The notes below the pieces were generated by a model. The model saw nothing but the letters and a program-made list of their open reading frames with translations. It searched no databases and was not told where the DNA came from. A DNA stretch of 64,000 nucleotides from Saccostrea echinata (taxonomy: Eukaryota), in assembly GCF_033153115.1 (NCBI RefSeq), contig NW_026889750.1, positions 5,828,001-5,892,000 on the forward strand, written 5' to 3'. Both the position numbers and the translations under genes were made by a program. Positions 63,823 to 64,000 of this stretch are shown here, one piece after another. How positions within the stretch are numbered: the first letter of the stretch is position 1; the number at the start of each line of letters is the position of its first letter.

Positions 63823-63870
<48 letters not shown>
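62578..63870 (+). mobile_element. Complete HINE/CvA-like (Helentron-associated) element carrying ~6 monomers of a ~166-bp satellite
   Basis: 5' ACAAGAGGCCCATGGGCC..GCTCACCTGAG. TTGTGGCCCCGCCC recurs at 62661, 62825, 62982, 63148, 63313 and 63479. Then a (GACG/GACA)n microsatellite and 3' AAAAGCTCACTTGAGCTTTCAGCTCAGGTGAGCTAAAA, which contains a hairpin and an inverted copy of the 5' GCTCACCTGAG. Confidence 0.88.
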
Positions 63871-63873
<3 letters not shown>

Positions 63874-64000
63874 TTACAAAAGCAAAGAAAATGTGCCTTT
63901 ATCACATTCTTCATTTCAAACGTCTCCAAAATGGAACTTGTGCTTAGACTTTAAACAGCCTCCAGCTTGGAAAAAAAAATGAAGCGAAAAAATTTATACT

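Overview
AT-rich eukaryotic DNA, most likely a bivalve/oyster genome (inferred from the repeat families), with two assembly gaps. The left part (1-27.5 kb) is repeat-rich. It holds two tandem minus-strand paralogues of a secreted signal-peptide + coiled-coil + SRCR gene. One looks intact as far as visible; the other is disabled by a nonsense codon, a frameshift and a lost splice donor. Also present are Penelope-like RT fragments, Helentron/HINE-type satellite elements, a mariner-type MITE, a tRNA-SINE and long palindromes. The main finding is the right part (28.2-62.5 kb): a minus-strand array of 35 short coding segments, 34 encoding 2-4 C2H2/C2HC zinc fingers and one encoding an unrelated non-finger domain. 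I checked each by hand. Each begins at a pyrimidine-rich AG splice acceptor in the same phase (phase 1) and ends in its own stop codon, and four of them are absent from the ORF track. This is the architecture expected of one gene with a large set of mutually exclusive 3' terminal DNA-binding exons spliced to shared 5' exons lying beyond the right edge of the window. It resembles Drosophila lola/mod(mdg4)/broad/fruitless/tramtrack, but I know of no description in a mollusc. The array records its own evolution: block duplications, a chimeric exon and a dead exon. The shared exons are not in the window, so the one-gene model is an inference that needs transcript data.
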